Positions 20,644-34,958 are shown, counted from the first letter of the whole stretch. The stretch is DNA of 63,884 nt, filler included, from Craspedostauros australis (GCA_030167865.1; 16 parts of 16 records of this genome joined end to end with filler, not necessarily neighbours in it), one strand, 5' to 3'. Translations and numbers: made by a program. Notes: a model not told the origin generated them from the sequence alone.

Positions 20644-23600
20644 TCAGAAGTGAAAGTGACGAGGACGGCTCGTCGATCGTCTCGTGGTCGAGTTGGGCTC
20701 NCTGTTCTCCTTCTGCACACTGGCGATGCGTGGAGATCTTCTGGAGGAAGGTCTGTACTCATCGTGGGAGCCGCTGCGTTGGAGGACGATCGTCTTGTCC
20801 ACGTACTTTATCATCGCACACGTCTTCTTCAGGTATTGTCCCATGTCCACCTCATGCGCGACGCCCTTGCTTTTGCCGTTGTGCTTGCTCTTCAACCGCG
20901 CTGACGATCTGCGATCGCTACCGACATGGTCGCTCACGCTGGCGCGAAACTTGCGCATGCTCATATTGTAAACGGACTTCATACGCTTGTTGTTCTCACG
21001 TGAGGCGCACAGCGCTGCAATGTCTGGCGAGCACCGCAGCATGGGATCCAGCAGGTCGATCGAGATACTGAAGATGCTGTCCTTGTCGCGGAACGTCTGA
21101 ATGAGGTCCAGCAGCACCTCGCCGCAGTCCAAGGTCGCCATGTGAGGGAGCAAATCGTCGTGGCTCGCCACCGTCAGAAGGGTCCGCAGGATGCAGTGGA
21201 CCAGTTCCAGGTGCGGAAGACTGCGGTTGCACTTCCTGATCACTTCCAGCAGTATGGAAGTCGTGTTCGTGGTCACGAAAGACTGGCAGCACGGGTACGA
21301 CAGTCTGGTGGTCGTCTCCAACGTCATCACAGCTGCCATGATGTCCGACAGGCGATTCTTGTACTTCAGATCAAACAGAGCTTCCTGCGTCCGCACGCCA
21401 ATCTTCAGCTGCGGATGAGCCTGGGCCTTGCGGTTGGCCTTATCGATTCGATGGACGATGTGCACGCACTTTCGCGAGCAGTGCTGACGCACGCGTCGGG
21501 CTCGCGCAATCGCCTGCACCCGCTTGATTCCACGGGCCACACGGCATGTGATCTTGCGATATAGAAAGGTGCTCACAGCTCGCTGGATGATGTAGGCCGC
21601 GTCGTGCTTCCGCATCTCGAACTGGTACTCCCTGAATTGCCGCTGGATGATCGTCGCCTTGTGATGAAGGAAGAGCTCGTCGGCCAGCGTTTGCAGTCTC
21701 AAAGCTTGAACCCTGCTTTTTGCTTGAATACGACGCACTGCTGCCTGGATCTTCATGGTCGCCAAGATATTCATCATGTACTCTGTTTCACACTTGTATC
21801 CTCTCCACACGCGCTGGATCTCGCGTGCTGCCAGGTTGTAGTAGGCCGTCGACAGTCTGATCTGAAATCCTCTCGCATGGCGTTGGATGCACGTGGCAGC
21901 CTGGCGCTTCATCAGCAGTCGGTTGCGAATGACGTATCCTCGACCCAAGCTCTGAATTGCAGTACATGCGTTCGCTCTGAAACGCATCTCATTCCTCCAC
22001 AATGCACCTCGTACCAACGCTTGGAGTTTGGTGATACCATCTTGCGCACGTTGCAACCGAGCACGTACGATGTGAGCACGGACGTGAGACTGAAACTTGA
22101 TGATCCCAATGACGCTCATGATGTAGTCAACATGCGCAACGTAGCATCGCCACGTCTTCTGGATCGCTCGCGCACCGGCATGGCGTCGTGCAATCTGTCT
22201 TGCCTTGCGCCCTCTCCAGACCCGCTGGATGTTGGTGCTGGAGGTCTCCCGCGTGTTGTCTTCCCATCTTTGCTGTTGTCGATGATATAGTTCACTTCGC
22301 GCGATGCGCGTCCTGACGATGGACTGGATTGCTGTTGCTGCGTCGTGCATGGCCCCAACCCGACGGCGGGCCAACCACGAGCGCACGACGCATTGTGCCA
22401 TGATCACGTCCTCCGTCAACATTCGAAAGCAATTGTGAATCAGGAATCCGCGGAACCGTGCTTGAATGATGCTTGCCGCAATGTCCATCTCGATGAGTTC
22501 CTCGCGGACCTGATGTCCACGGATGAAGGACTGAATCGTCACAGCTGCGCTGTACTCGATCATGAAGATGTCCCTTTGCATCTTGAGGATGGTCAATTCT
22601 CGGTGTGCTCTCCAGGACCGCGCTGCGCGCTGAATGCACGCGATGGCATTGGATTTCTGAACTGCATGGCATCGTGCAATGTAGCTTCTGGCGAATGATT
22701 GCATTCGAATGACCCTTGTGACAGATTGGCCGTAGGCCTCAGCCGCCTTTCTCGATCTCCATGCGCTCTGGATCGTGACAGCGGCATCGTGTTCCAACAT
22801 AGCAAGCTGATTACCGCACATCAGCATATCTTGAATTCGTTGTTGGTGTACCACGCCCCAAGCAAAAGCCTGCAGCTTCAACACCGCCACCCGTCGGGTC
22901 TGCGCTTGCTGCCGTGAAAACCGGAGTCGGGCGATGCTTTGAACCACGATGACATCTTTGATGGACTTGTGGAAGCTCTTGCTTGCGTGATATCGCCTCC
23001 AGACAGCTTGAATTCTGACGGATGCCTTGGTCAATCCATCTCTCTTTGCTTTCTTCTGTTTCAGATCTTGCAATGCCACCCTCGATACCAGCAGTCGAGC
23101 AAAGCACTGGAGGCGCACAACCATGTCCAATCTACGTTGACATTCGTTGCGCTGTTTCCATCGACGGTAGCTACTTTGGTAAAGGATGATCCTCCATTTG
23201 ACGACCAAGTACTTGCGGGAGGCTCGATGGCATCGCCAGATCTTCTGAACATCGATCGCAGCCGCTTCTTTCATTCTGAGGACACAGCGAATCATGCGTC
23301 CACGCCAAATTGCTTGGATTGTGATGGAGGCAACGTTGCGTCGCAGGAAGGTCTGATGAGCATGATGGCGTCGATAGGCGTTCTGGAGCATGGTTGCCGC
23401 AGCAGTGCAACGGGCAACATGCCGGTGGTGTCGCCATGCCTGTTGAATCGAGGCGACCGCCAAGTTGTAGGCGTGCCGCTTTCTGGTGACCAACGATCGA
23501 GCGAGGTGGAGTCGAACATGCGACTGGATCATCAGAACAGCTTGTCGGCGTGTCGATGCCTCCCTGCGAGCTTTCCATCCTCGGAACACACCTTGGCATG

Positions 23601-24416
23601 TGGTGGTGGCCAGCACATCCGCCTTGAATTTGGAAGCAGTGGCACATCGTCTCCATGCAGCTTGGATCGTCGTTGCTGCAAAGACTGCCGACTCCAGCAT
23701 GCGACGGTACTTGATGCATCTCCATGCAGCTTGGATGGTTGTCGCTGCGGCTCGATGATTCCTGAAACTCTTGGATTGAAAGAACCGCCGGAAGGCTGCC
23801 TGAATGAGTGTTGCCGCCGCATGCGATCGTGACTTTTCATAGCTGTAGTATCGCCACCGCCTTTGGATCATCACCACCGATGCGATATCCCTGAGGAAGT
23901 CTGCACGTGCACGAAACCTTCGGATCGAAGACTGTAGCACGGTTGCGGCATGTAGCGTCTCGGTAAACGTCTTGGAGGCAAGGAAGGCACGGAAGGATGC
24001 CTGGATTCGAACTGCTGCGAGGTTGGTCAGTTGTTGGTGGTGGAGTTGATTCAGCTGGTTCCGGGCAAGAGCAGATCGGAACGCACACTGTAATGTACTT
24101 ACAGCAGCTCGCCGTTCCGATGCAATTCTGCGGGCCAGATATTGACGTGCGGCGCTCTGGATGGTGATGGCATCAAATCGCTTCAGATGTGCCGCAACTA
24201 GCCCTGAGAATCCGCGCCATGCAGCCTGGATCTTGATGGCTGCGTTGGTCCACCGCATGAATTCGAAATCTTGTTGTGCACGGTGTCCGCGCCAGATCCT
24301 TTGAATTGCTTTCGCGCATTCAATCTTCATTTGAAAGGAGAGATTGTCCTGCCATCCGCGAAAGGTTGCTTGGATCAGCGTCGCAGCGTCGTACTCCAAC
24401 ACCGCCAGCCTCTCCA
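20644..24416 (-). CDS. ASPM: Abnormal spindle-like (ASPM/Asp) homolog, 3' part
   Basis: Dozens of IQxxxRGxxxR motifs, then the C-terminal helical-repeat region (LETTTRLS..CC...IRKCNRSLPH). The 5' ASH/CH region is off-scaffold. Confidence 0.9.
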
Positions 24417-25949
24417 NNNNNNNNNNNNNNNNNNNNNNNNNNNNNNNNNNNNNNNNNNNNTTAATTAATTAANNNNNNNNNNNNNNNNNNNNNNNNNNNN
24501 NNNNNNNNNNNNNNNNCATTCCTGCACCTGACGATTGCAATCGTTGGCATCTCGTCTCAGGCATCTGGGAGTTGCTTCATGGCGCGATCTGGGCACTCTT
24601 CGTTGTAGGGCCTGTGTGTCCTTCACAACTAACAGAACCAATGGAGTACGTGCTTCAAAGAAGGCCACTTCTTCAAATCAATCCCCAGTCCATCCTTTGT
24701 TCTCTCTGCTTCCTCGCGTGCGGGGAGTGCGATGTGTGATGGATTGTTTGCATATGAGCACTGATGCGATCAGAGTAAACAGAAAAAAGTAGAAGTCAAT
24801 TGTTATGCAACTGTTTGCATGCGCCCACCTGCAGAAGTCTCTGCACCCCTGGATTCTTCGCACACTGGCAGCTGGGTGCCCATCGTCACCAGCCGTACCA
24901 GTTCAGGATCCAGCTGTTGCCAAATGTTTACTCCAGAGAAAGAATGCGTACACAAGGAACCATCGATACGAGCACAGAAACACGCAATGCACCGCAGCAG
25001 AAGGACAAGGGAGATTCAAACTGTACCACTGATCACTTGAGATAGTGCTGCGTGAAGTCTCATGCGATGAGTACATGGTAGCGCCGCAACGGATATCTAT
25101 ATGTGCTTCAAGAGAGGCAGCGACCAACAAAAGATGCAAAAAGAGCAAAAGAGATCTGGTTGTGAGTAGGCCTTTGGATGATTGCCGGTGTTGGTTGCGT
25201 GCCGACGTAGGGTCGCTTGAGCCAAGAAGTGCAACATGTAATTCCATCTAAGATTGACGGGTGGACCACTGGCGCCACGAGTTGTCAATCAACAAATCGT
25301 CCTATATCGGCAACTCTCCCAGGGGGAAGTTCGTTGTACTCCAGATGCATCGGTCTATCGTGCAGCGCCAATGTTCCTGCCAATGATGTGTCATTCACTT
25401 CATTGTCGCCAAACAGTCCTATGTCTCCATTCACCACGTTTGGTTTTCGTTTGCGGTTTGAGCTCCACCGTGCTTGCCTGTAGATCTCTACCACCAGCGC
25501 CCCCTACTGTACTGCTTGCATGCACTGNNNNNNNNNNNNNNNNNNNNNNNNNNNNNNNNNNNNNNNNNNNNNNNNNNTCTACCACCAGCGCCCCCTACTG
25601 TACTGCTTGCATGCACTGGCCCATGGAAGTACCCACACTTCTGGATTCTCCGCGCACTGGCAGTTCATGGCTGTCACCACCAGTTGTCCCAGTACATGAC
25701 CTATTTGCTTGCAGGGGAGGATCCCAAAACATGGATGACAACAAACAAAAGGGACAGAGATATGACAAAGAAATTGCGCCATACATTGCAGGAAGAGGAT
25801 ACAAGTAACAAAATAAATCACCCACTGATTAACCGCTCCTTATCTACGGCTGCATCNNNNNNNNNNNNNNNNNNNNNNNNNNNNCTATGCGTGGCACGCG
25901 AAGGGGGCACGGACTCGGGTCTGTTGCGTTCCTTAATTTTGTGCTGGCG

Positions 25950-28900
25950 CCTGCGTTGACCGCCCCTGTGCAGTCCGGAAGCTATTGGCCACAGCCACCT
26001 TCATCCGCTTGTACAACAGCCCACCAGCAACAAGTCACCTGTAGTATGGCTGCTGTCTACTCCATCCATACCGCCAGACCCGATGCGGGACCTTGGCAGC
26101 CTGGATACGTAGATTTGGTGTGGCTGTGTGCATTGTTGTCATGGCCAACATCATGGATCCTTCCACAGAGGCTTGATTCATATGCATATCTTCATTGTTC
26201 GAGAACCATTGATTCCATGNNNNNNNNNNNNNNNNNNNNNNNNCCTCCGTGGCCCATTTGGCATTCGGTTGGCGGGATCCTTGCAAAGCGAGGAAGGGCG
26301 CCTGCAGTTCCACCCACTTTGTGCTTAATAGTCCAAACCGTAGTGCCTGCGTCCCCACTGCTAGCTGTCATTGTGTGGTGTCCTTTATGTCTGGTGCTTC
26401 GTCCAGGGCCAGGAGGTATGCACTGCTGTCAGCATGACTGCGTAGCAGAGATGTTACTGCCCTCGCCAGCCATGGGTTGGTGAGGTACTTCAGCATCCAT
26501 TTCCGCATGCCTTGCACTCCTTGTTGCGCGATTTGGCGCCGACTGTCGGCCTTGCAGGTCCAAAAGTGTTCCACGGTTTCTTCGTGGCCGCAGCCAGGGC
26601 ACACATGGGACAGACAGTGACCCCACTGGCGCATGTGCCTCCCAAATGCAGCCTCGCCTGCCACCAATGTACAGTCATCGTGGCCTTCGTTCGTCCCAGA
26701 CCCCCGATTGCCCTATCCACCGCCGTCCACTCGATTTTCTTTGCATCGCATATCACTTTCCTCTGCTGGAGTACGTCGAGATCGTCATGGGCCAGACTTT
26801 CCTCCACAATATGAGAATATCGCACAGAGATTTTCTTGGTGCCCCACCTGAGGGACGCCCATTTTCCTGCTATGATCCCGTCGTACGGCACTCGACTCTG
26901 CGTGGTGCGCTGGCGCGCTCCTGCCAGTATATCGGCTTCCACATTGAGCCATTCCAACTCATCCAGATCTTCCCATGCCTTGCCATCATCCTGATGCTCT
27001 TTGACATAGACGCCCACGACTTGCAATGGCAGTTGATTGGCCTTCTTCCACACTGCTCGTTGAAGATTGGCATCAGACTACCATGGTGATAGCTGCCACT
27101 CCGGATCTAGGGCTCTGAGAGCCCCGATGTTGTCGCATCCAATGGTGATCTTCCCTTCAAGTACATGGTGAGCTGCGCGCAGCGCTGCAATGGTTGTCAC
27201 CACGCTGTACAAACCTGCGAGTCCTGCTCGATGTGACTGCATGACATCGCTGCCGCGCGGCGCTTGACACGCCATCCAGGCTCTCGCTGTCAACCCTTCA
27301 TGCTCTCCGACCATGCCTGCCCCGGCCGCCCCGTTTCCCAGCGCAACCGACTATCACTGCATGCTCTGAGCTTGCCAGCCCTTGCCACGTGAGCTAGAGT
27401 TGACTCTGCTCCCATGAATGTGAGTATCTCAGTCACCCATGCCGCTGACTCTGGCAGGACTTGTATCCCTGGGTCTGCCGAAGCCGCCATCGCAGCCGCC
27501 AGCCTTGGACCTTCCTTTCCTGTCCGTGTCACCACTTTTTTCCATGATACTCGTAGCCATCCACAAGGTGAGAACCTACCGTCGATAGCTCCTGCACCTC
27601 GTGATACTCCCTCTGCCATCTTCGCCACAAAGTTCGCCTGTAGTGGACACCTTCTTGTCCATGGCAGGTGAGTCTTTTGGTTTCTAGTTCCCACTGGTAG
27701 TCTGGTCGGAGCGATGTAAACTTTTGCCATGATCCCAATGGCAACCGCAGTCGCCTCTCTCGCGCCCTGCTCGCTGGGTATTGCATGATGATTGCTTGCT
27801 TCCATTGAGCCCAATCCTGCTGGGTCAGTTGCCCGACTTCCAGCCACTTGATCATGCTGCTTCACAAGGGGATGAGGCCAGGACTGGTTGTTTCCTCATG
27901 TAATCAATCTCCTTGGGCTGATATGGTGTCTGATAACCATGGCATCTACTTTGACATCCTGCAGAGATTCACTGCTGCATTGTTGCTGCACCATGTTGGC
28001 CCACTTTGCTGGATCCTGCTGCATGACCTGCATCGTCTCTGCTTGAAGCTTCACCAAACTCATTGCATTCCTCATGAGCTTCCCAGTGACTGAGAGACTT
28101 CCCCAGTGTTTGACTATTTCTCCCACATGCTTTTGTGACTTGTGCCAGGTAGAGATGCTTGACCCCACTCCAAGACACTGCTGTGGCCCAAAAACCAGTT
28201 TCCTCAACATGTTGCATTGTATCTCAGCTGCAGGCAGTGCCACTTGGAGCATTGGCCTCATGATGTGCTCTGCCTCTTCCTTGGTGAACGTGGAGCTCGC
28301 CAGAGGGTACTCCAACGTCCTGGAGATGGTGGTGTGCAGGGCTAGCCATGCGTGATGTCAGTGTAGTCCCCCTCACACACACACTGACGTATTGGCCTGA
28401 CAGTTTCATGTGTGCTGTGTGCCTTTACATGGCGGCTAGAGCTGAAGTGGCCTTTCGTCCACATTTTCCAGGAGTACTGGCACAGAATGTTTGCCCAGTT
28501 CAGCCCAAGCTTGGAGAGCAGAGATATGTCCATTTTTGCGTTTTGATCCGTTGCCATAAATCTCTGTTCTTCCAGTGTCCAGCTTCCACAGGGAGACATC
28601 CAATGTTCAGGGCGCCAAGCCATGTTGTGTGGCTCCCTTTGTCATGTGGGTTGTTGCAGCAGCAAGGGCTTTGGAGGTGGCACTTTTCCCGACCCACTAC
28701 CTCCACTTGTGCATATGTTGGGCTTGCAGGGGCGGTTATTGGTGCTTTGCCTACCCCCAGCCTTGCGCTTTTCAGAGCCTTGCCCCCCACCCGTGCTTGA
28801 GGCAGGAGGGTTGGAGTCCTTGGGCCCAGCTTTGGCGTGCTGTGCTTGGAGCTCCTTGATGATACGTTCGTGCTCGATAAGTTGTTGTTGTTGTTGTTGT

Positions 28901-29730
28901 TCCTCCACTGTTTTCTTGTTGCATTCTGCTTCTTGGTGTTCGTGCACCTCCCAGATTGCATGCTCTGTCTCTGTTCCCTCACCATTCATGCCCTCTGTTG
29001 AAGTTGCCACACTATATACTGTAGACGTAAGTGACTTCCTGCATTCTGTGATGAACGTGCAGAAGCTCTCATCATCCAGCTTCTTCTTTTTTGGCCGGTC
29101 TGGAGGACCGCCCTCACGTTCCTGTTTTGTTGCCACCATATCGTCTTCCACGCCTTACATCCCCTCAATGCCCACCACGCCCATGTCCTCATCCATGATG
29201 AAGTCTAGGAACCCTTCAACTTCCTTGTCCATATAGCCGTCCCTGCCTTCTTCCTTGGCCTAGCCTCTGATCATGTCAATGATTTTGTCAGAGAACCACT
29301 CGTCTGTGAACAAGTTTATTTCTGTGTGGCACAGAACCGTGATCGAGTTGATGATGGCCCGTGCTTGGTCGAAACGGTCTTCAAAAGCCACTATGTGGAT
29401 AGCATCCTTGTCTCCATCCAACATGTGCATTGTGTGAATGTCATGGATGTATGGGTTGCCTTCTGGAGTGACTTGTGTTGCCAAGAACTGCCCAAGAGTG
29501 GTCGTTCCACAGTGGCCGTCCAGCGTGTCCAATTGGAAGTCCCTGTCCAGTCGAAGTTGGCACAGCTGCCAAATGTAGCTTCTGTGCTTTCTTGCCATGG
29601 CTTGGAGCTTCTCTGTGGTGGTTGCCACCATTGTGGACATGCCTGGGTTAGGTACATACTGGTAGTTCAGACATCCTTGGTCAGAGTTCTTCGTGTTGAA
29701 TACTTGTCCAAGTGCTTTGGTCACCCATTG
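25950..29730 (-). mobile_element. Decayed non-LTR retrotransposon with RNase H (Ambal-like), internally deleted
   Basis: ORF1-like fragments, start of APE (LGALNIGCLP..KN..L), post-RT segment LEYPLA..F....IMRP.L...LP, RNase H (ACSD, SHRAGLAGLY, IGCDN, YVKEHQD..LNVEAD.LA), zinc finger CPGCGHEETVEHFWTC. Many frameshifts and stops. Confidence 0.8.
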
Positions 29731-30329
29731 TGCTTTACCTGTGTCGAAATGTGTGACATCAGTAATTCCCGATTGTACGGGACTGAACCAAAATAGAGTA
29801 CAGAAACAACAAATACCCCCCTATCGTNAACGTGGCAAGCGCATGATCGATCACTCCTGAGCGTTACAGGAGCACGTTACTTTTNGGACTACGGGGAANT
29901 TCGACATGGTAACGTAAACCTGTGGCTTACGCCCGGGAGAGCGAAATAGTTGACTGAGGAAGAATCAGACCGGACCAACTTCATGGGTTCGATACCGCCG
30001 ACACCTGATTTTCCGAAGCAAAAAGATGAACGACGATACAACGAAAGAAAAAGTGCAGAGCAACCCGCAGGTGGAACATCGAGACCTGGGAGGGCGACCG
30101 CTTGCATCAGCGGTATNNNNNNNNNNNNNNNNNNNNNNNNNNNNNNNNNNNNNNNNNNNNTTAATTAATTAANNNNNNNNNNNNNNNNNNNNNNNNNNNN
30201 NNNNNNNNNNNNNNNNATAATAATGCTGTGTTGGCGATCATGATGCGCAGCAGGGTACTCCCAAAAAAGATGACTCGTGCACGCGACGAGCCAGCCTGTA
30301 CTAGCTGCAGAGAATGTAAAATGGGGTCA

Positions 30330-33300
30330 CGATAGCACTAGTTGTAGAGTTTTGGCCCCTTGTTGCCACTGGTTTGCTTGCTTTTGGGAGCAACGGCGAT
30401 TGTACATTTAGAGCTATTTCGTGTTGTTCCTCCCTAATCCGTCTTCTACGTCACAGGACGGATTCGACGTCATGCGAAACCACTCACAACACAAGATGTG
30501 AGTGCGTCTCGCAGCACGTGGCCCTTGCTTCGCGACACAACGTGATGGCTGCGCAGCACACACCAATCGCGCCGCAACACACGCGGATCGTGCCACAACA
30601 CAACGTGATGGCTGCGCATCACACACCAATCGCGCCGCAACACACGCGGACCGTGCCACAACACAAAAATTACGGTCCCCGTCACAAAAAAACCAAACAC
30701 AACACATCACATCACAATCCTCCATGCCATCAAGCAAACGATGCGCACACCACCATTCGAACCACAGGTGTACCTCACACATATAATACTACTACTACTA
30801 CGATTTGCAGCTACACCTCTGCTGTGTTGGCATCCTGCTCTGCTTTGCTGTGATGCTCNNNNNNNNNNNNNNNNNNNNNNNNNNNNNNNNNNNNNNNNNN
30901 NNNNNNNNNNNNNNNNNNNNNNNNNNNNNNNNNNGGCTCAATGATCTCGGCTTTGCTCTTGCTGGGCGTCTTCTTCTTCTGGCCTTTCTTCTGTTGCTCA
31001 GCCTCCTCGTTGGCTCTGTTGGTCGCGACGATTTGCTTCTCCAGCAACGGAATGAGGCTGCTGGTTGTTCGCAGGTTCGTTTTAAGGCATTGCAGACCAC
31101 TGANNNNNNNNNNNNNNNNNNNNNNNNNNNNNNNNNNNNNNNNNNNNNNNNNNTGCTCGGTCTTGCCAACGAACATGGCCACTTCGAATGTGTTCATGGT
31201 GGGTGCTGCTTCGGTCTTGCTCTTGTTGTTGTGAGGCTCAATGATCTCGGCTTTGCTCTTGCTGGGCGTCTTCTTCTTCTGGCCTTTCTTCTGTTGCTCA
31301 GCCTCCTCGTTGGCTCTGTTGGTCGCGACGATTTGCTTCTCCAGCAACGGAATGAGGCTGCTGGTTGTTCGCAGGTTCGTTTTAAGGCATTGCAGACCAC
31401 TGACAGCCATCACCTTGAGCGCATCANNNNNNNNNNNNNNNNNNNNGGGCTTGGCGTATTTGAAGCCAGCTGATTCGTCTTTCTTGCCTGTTGCAGTTGG
31501 TTTCTTGGAAGCATTGTTGGTTGCCTCATCATCCTCCTCATCCTCCTCCAACGTGAAGTCTGTGTGAGACACAGTCACACCGATCTCATTGCTGTCCTCG
31601 TCAGTTTCGGTGAACGTTTGCTTCCGCACGTTCATGCTCAGTCCCTTGCGCTCCGTCACAAATTTGTCACCTCCTTTTGCAGCACAAATTGCGTAGGCGA
31701 TCTGATGGTGGCGAACATACGCGCGAGCTACCTTGTCCAGCCCAAATTGCTCCCAACAGGTTNNNNNNNNNNNNNNNNNNNNNNNNNNNNNNNNNNNNNN
31801 NNNNNNNNNNNNNNNNNNNNNNNNNNNNNNNNNNNNNNNNNNNNNNNNNNNNNNNNNNNNNNNNNNNNNNNNNNNCGTGATGGGAGAATTCGATGGTTGA
31901 AATCGGAGGTGCCACCCGCGACTGTCGAACTCCTCGTTGATGAACCTGAGCAGTTCCGTGTCTCTGTGTGGCCCTGTGCCATCCATCTGGTACCGAATCA
32001 CCACGTTTTTCCCCGTTTCGGCCTTGATTTTGCTGGCGAGCGAATCCAGTGCAGGGATTTCTTTTTCGCGGAAGAATTTCTTGAGGCTGTATTTCNNNNN
32101 NNNNNNNNNNNNNNNNNNNNNNNNNNNNNNNNNNNNNNNNNNNNNCTTGCGCTCCGTCACAAATTCGTCACCTCCTTCCGCAGCACAAATTGCGTAGGCG
32201 ATCTGATGGTGGCGAACATACGCGCGAGCTACCTTGTCCAGCCCAAATTGCTCCCAACAGGTTCCACAAGCACCCCACAACGCATCAGTGGTGAACATGC
32301 GACTCCCGTGGTGCTTACCTTGATGCGCTGACACGTGTTTTGACATCGCTGGGAATATCGTATCGTCTTTCACGTTCGTGATGGGAGAATTCGATGGTTG
32401 AAATCGGAGGTGCCACCGGCGACTGTCGAACTCCTCGTTGATGAACCTGAGCAGTTCCGTGTCTCTCTGTGGCCCTGCGCCATCCATCTAGTACCGAATC
32501 ACCACGTTTTTTCCCGTTTCGGCCTTGATTTTGCTGGCGAGCGAATCCAGTGCAGGGAGTTCTTTTTCGCAGAAGAATTTCTTGAGGCTGTACTTCGGCT
32601 TGGGCTTAACACAATGACCATCTGTTTCCTTGCTGCCCGTGATCTCCAGTGGTTGAAAGTACAGTTCACCCTTCTTGCGAGAGATTTTGTTGGGATCAGG
32701 AAGGTGCTTGTACTTGGTTGGCGAGACCCAAGTTCGCTTGTACGTATTCTTCTGCGCTCGGACCATGCGCCCAACACGTTCGAAGCTGACCTTATACGCC
32801 TTTCCTCCGTTCTCAAAGCGGTTGTCTGTTGGAGCGAACGCTGTTGATGCAATTGCCATGGTCTTTTCGATGTGGCACTTGTGGTGCACAGGATGCTTCA
32901 CAGGCTTAACCCCCATTTGGGGCACATGTTTGAGGTTGCGCCGAGCGACAATAGAGTAGAACCACTTCTCATCCATGTGGACAACAACAACTTGTGTATT
33001 CTCGAACTGCTCAGCTGCTTCCCAGAACACACAGAGGTCCTTGGCCCAGATCTCGCGCTTCATCTTGATGATGCCCTTGATCTTGGGGAGCATTGTTGTA
33101 GTGCGGTATTCGCTGCCCTCCAATCCCATCACGTATGTTCGGATGGTGTCTTTGCAGACGCATTGGACGTTGCCGTTTCCTGCTAGTTCGCGTGCAACAT
33201 CGTCCCACGAGATTGCGCCATTGCATCNTNGCAACACATCCTGGAGCTCAANTTGCAGGANNGGACCANGCTCCAACCACGAATCAGACAGGGATTTTGC

Positions 33301-34958
33301 GGATGCCAGCTCTTCAGGCGAAGCATGGTCAAAGGCATAAGAGATGTCCTCAGTTGTCAACTGTTGTCTGGGATGCTTAAGCCGCAGTTGCTTTGCGAAG
33401 ATGGCACGTGGCGTGAAGTATTGCTGTTGCTTCTTGGGGCAAGTGAAGATGGTGCTGCCTGCATCGCTGCGCTTCTTCCGTTCCAGCTTGTTCTGTTGGA
33501 ATTTCTTGATGTTGCGATCGACAGTGCTAGTGCCAATATCCCACNNNNNNNNNNNNNNNNNNNNNNNNNNNNNNNNNNNNNNNNNNNNNNNNNNCTTGTG
33601 GTGCACAGGATGCTTCACAGGCTTAACCCCCATTTGGGGCACATGTTTGAGGTTGCGCCGAGCGACAATAGAGTAGAACCACTTCTCATCCATGTGGACA
33701 ACAACAACTTGTGTATTCTNNNNNNNNNNNNNNNNNNNNNNNNNNNNNNNNNNNNNNNNNNNNNNNNNNNNGCGCTTTGCCTTCGTGTCGCCCTTGATCT
33801 TGGGGAGTATTGTTGTGGAACGGTATTCGCTGCCCTCCAATCCCATCACGTATGTTCGGATGGTGTCTTTGCAGGCGCATTGGACGTTGCCGTTTCCTGC
33901 TAGTTCGCGTGCAACATCGTCCCACGAGATTGCGCCATTGCATCGTCGCAACACATCCTGGAGCTCAACTTGCAGGAAGGGACCATGCTCCAACCACGAA
34001 TCAGATAGGGATTTTGCGGATGCCAGCTCTTCAGGCGAAGCATGGTCAAAGGCATAAGAGATGTCCTCAGTCGTCAACTGTTGTCTTGGATGCTTAAACC
34101 GCAGTTGCTTTGCGAAGATGGCACGTGGCGTGAAGTATTGCTGTTGCTTCTTGGAGCAGGTGAAGATGGTGCTGCCCGCATCGCTGCGCTTCTTCCGTTC
34201 CAGGTTGTACTGTTGGAATTTCTTGATGTTGCGATCGACAGTGCTAGTGCCAATATCCCATGCGTGGGCGATCAATTTCATGTTGGCTGGGATCCCACCC
34301 AAATCGAAATAGAGAACGATGTAGTTTTGATGTTCATCTCTGCGAAGTTGTTTCTTTGTATTGGTGGGCTTAGTGTTGGTACACCCTCCATCCTTTCGCA
34401 ACCATCCTTTTGTTTTCGCGCCTCTCTTCATCTGCTTGTTGAGACGGGCGATTGCTGTTGCCTTCTGCTGCCGCGAGACCTCGAGAAAAGCTGCGATTTT
34501 GGCTTCTTGCGATTCTGTGGTAGTGGGGGATGGTGTTGGGGGCTCAGCCTTGTTGTTGATACGCGCAACAGCGACAGAGCGATGCTGAGGAGAAAGGAGG
34601 NNNNNNNNNNNGGAGAAAGGAGGGAAGGCTTAGCAAGGCCACCAGCGTTTGGAGTCCGTGCGAAGGTAGCGAGGCTGTGTGGCGCGCACAGATCCTCACG
34701 AACAACGTACATTCGGCTCTGCCCCATCACTTGGGTCACCATGACCATTGCCACTTCTCCTGGTGCAAGAGGCCCATCACGCTTGATTGTAGCGCCATCC
34801 GTGGTCTGCTTCATTGCAAACTCAACATGACATACGCCCAGGTCACGGATCTTGTCATTCGAGTCCGTGTGAGGTGCCACCTTCACACAATCACCAGCGC
34901 GCAGCATGTTTGCAAGGTGAAAAGTACAGTGATTGCAGGATGATACAACTACGTCCAA
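30330..34958 (-). mobile_element. Tc1/mariner element: DD38D transposase plus probable 3' terminal repeat at 30330
   Basis: VVHMDEKWFY, RYQMDG.GP(H/Q), QPSNSPITNVKD, N-terminal HTH-like region and RKKRSDAG. One copy has TAG at 32488 where the other has CAG. Blocks are duplicated across 50-N gaps. Confidence 0.85.
30535..30666 (+). repeat. 63-bp tandem duplication in the subterminal region
   Basis: CGTGATGGCTGCGCA... starts at 30541 and again at 30604. Confidence 0.85.

Noticed and set aside
22939..23832. Long antisense ORFs over ASPM, gag/pol and other genes
   Set aside because: Shadow frames of real coding sequence with no independent motifs.
29730..30116. Possible LTR or other element truncating the LINE 5' end
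   Set aside because: A composition shift is visible, but there is no second copy, TSD or coding motif to support a call.
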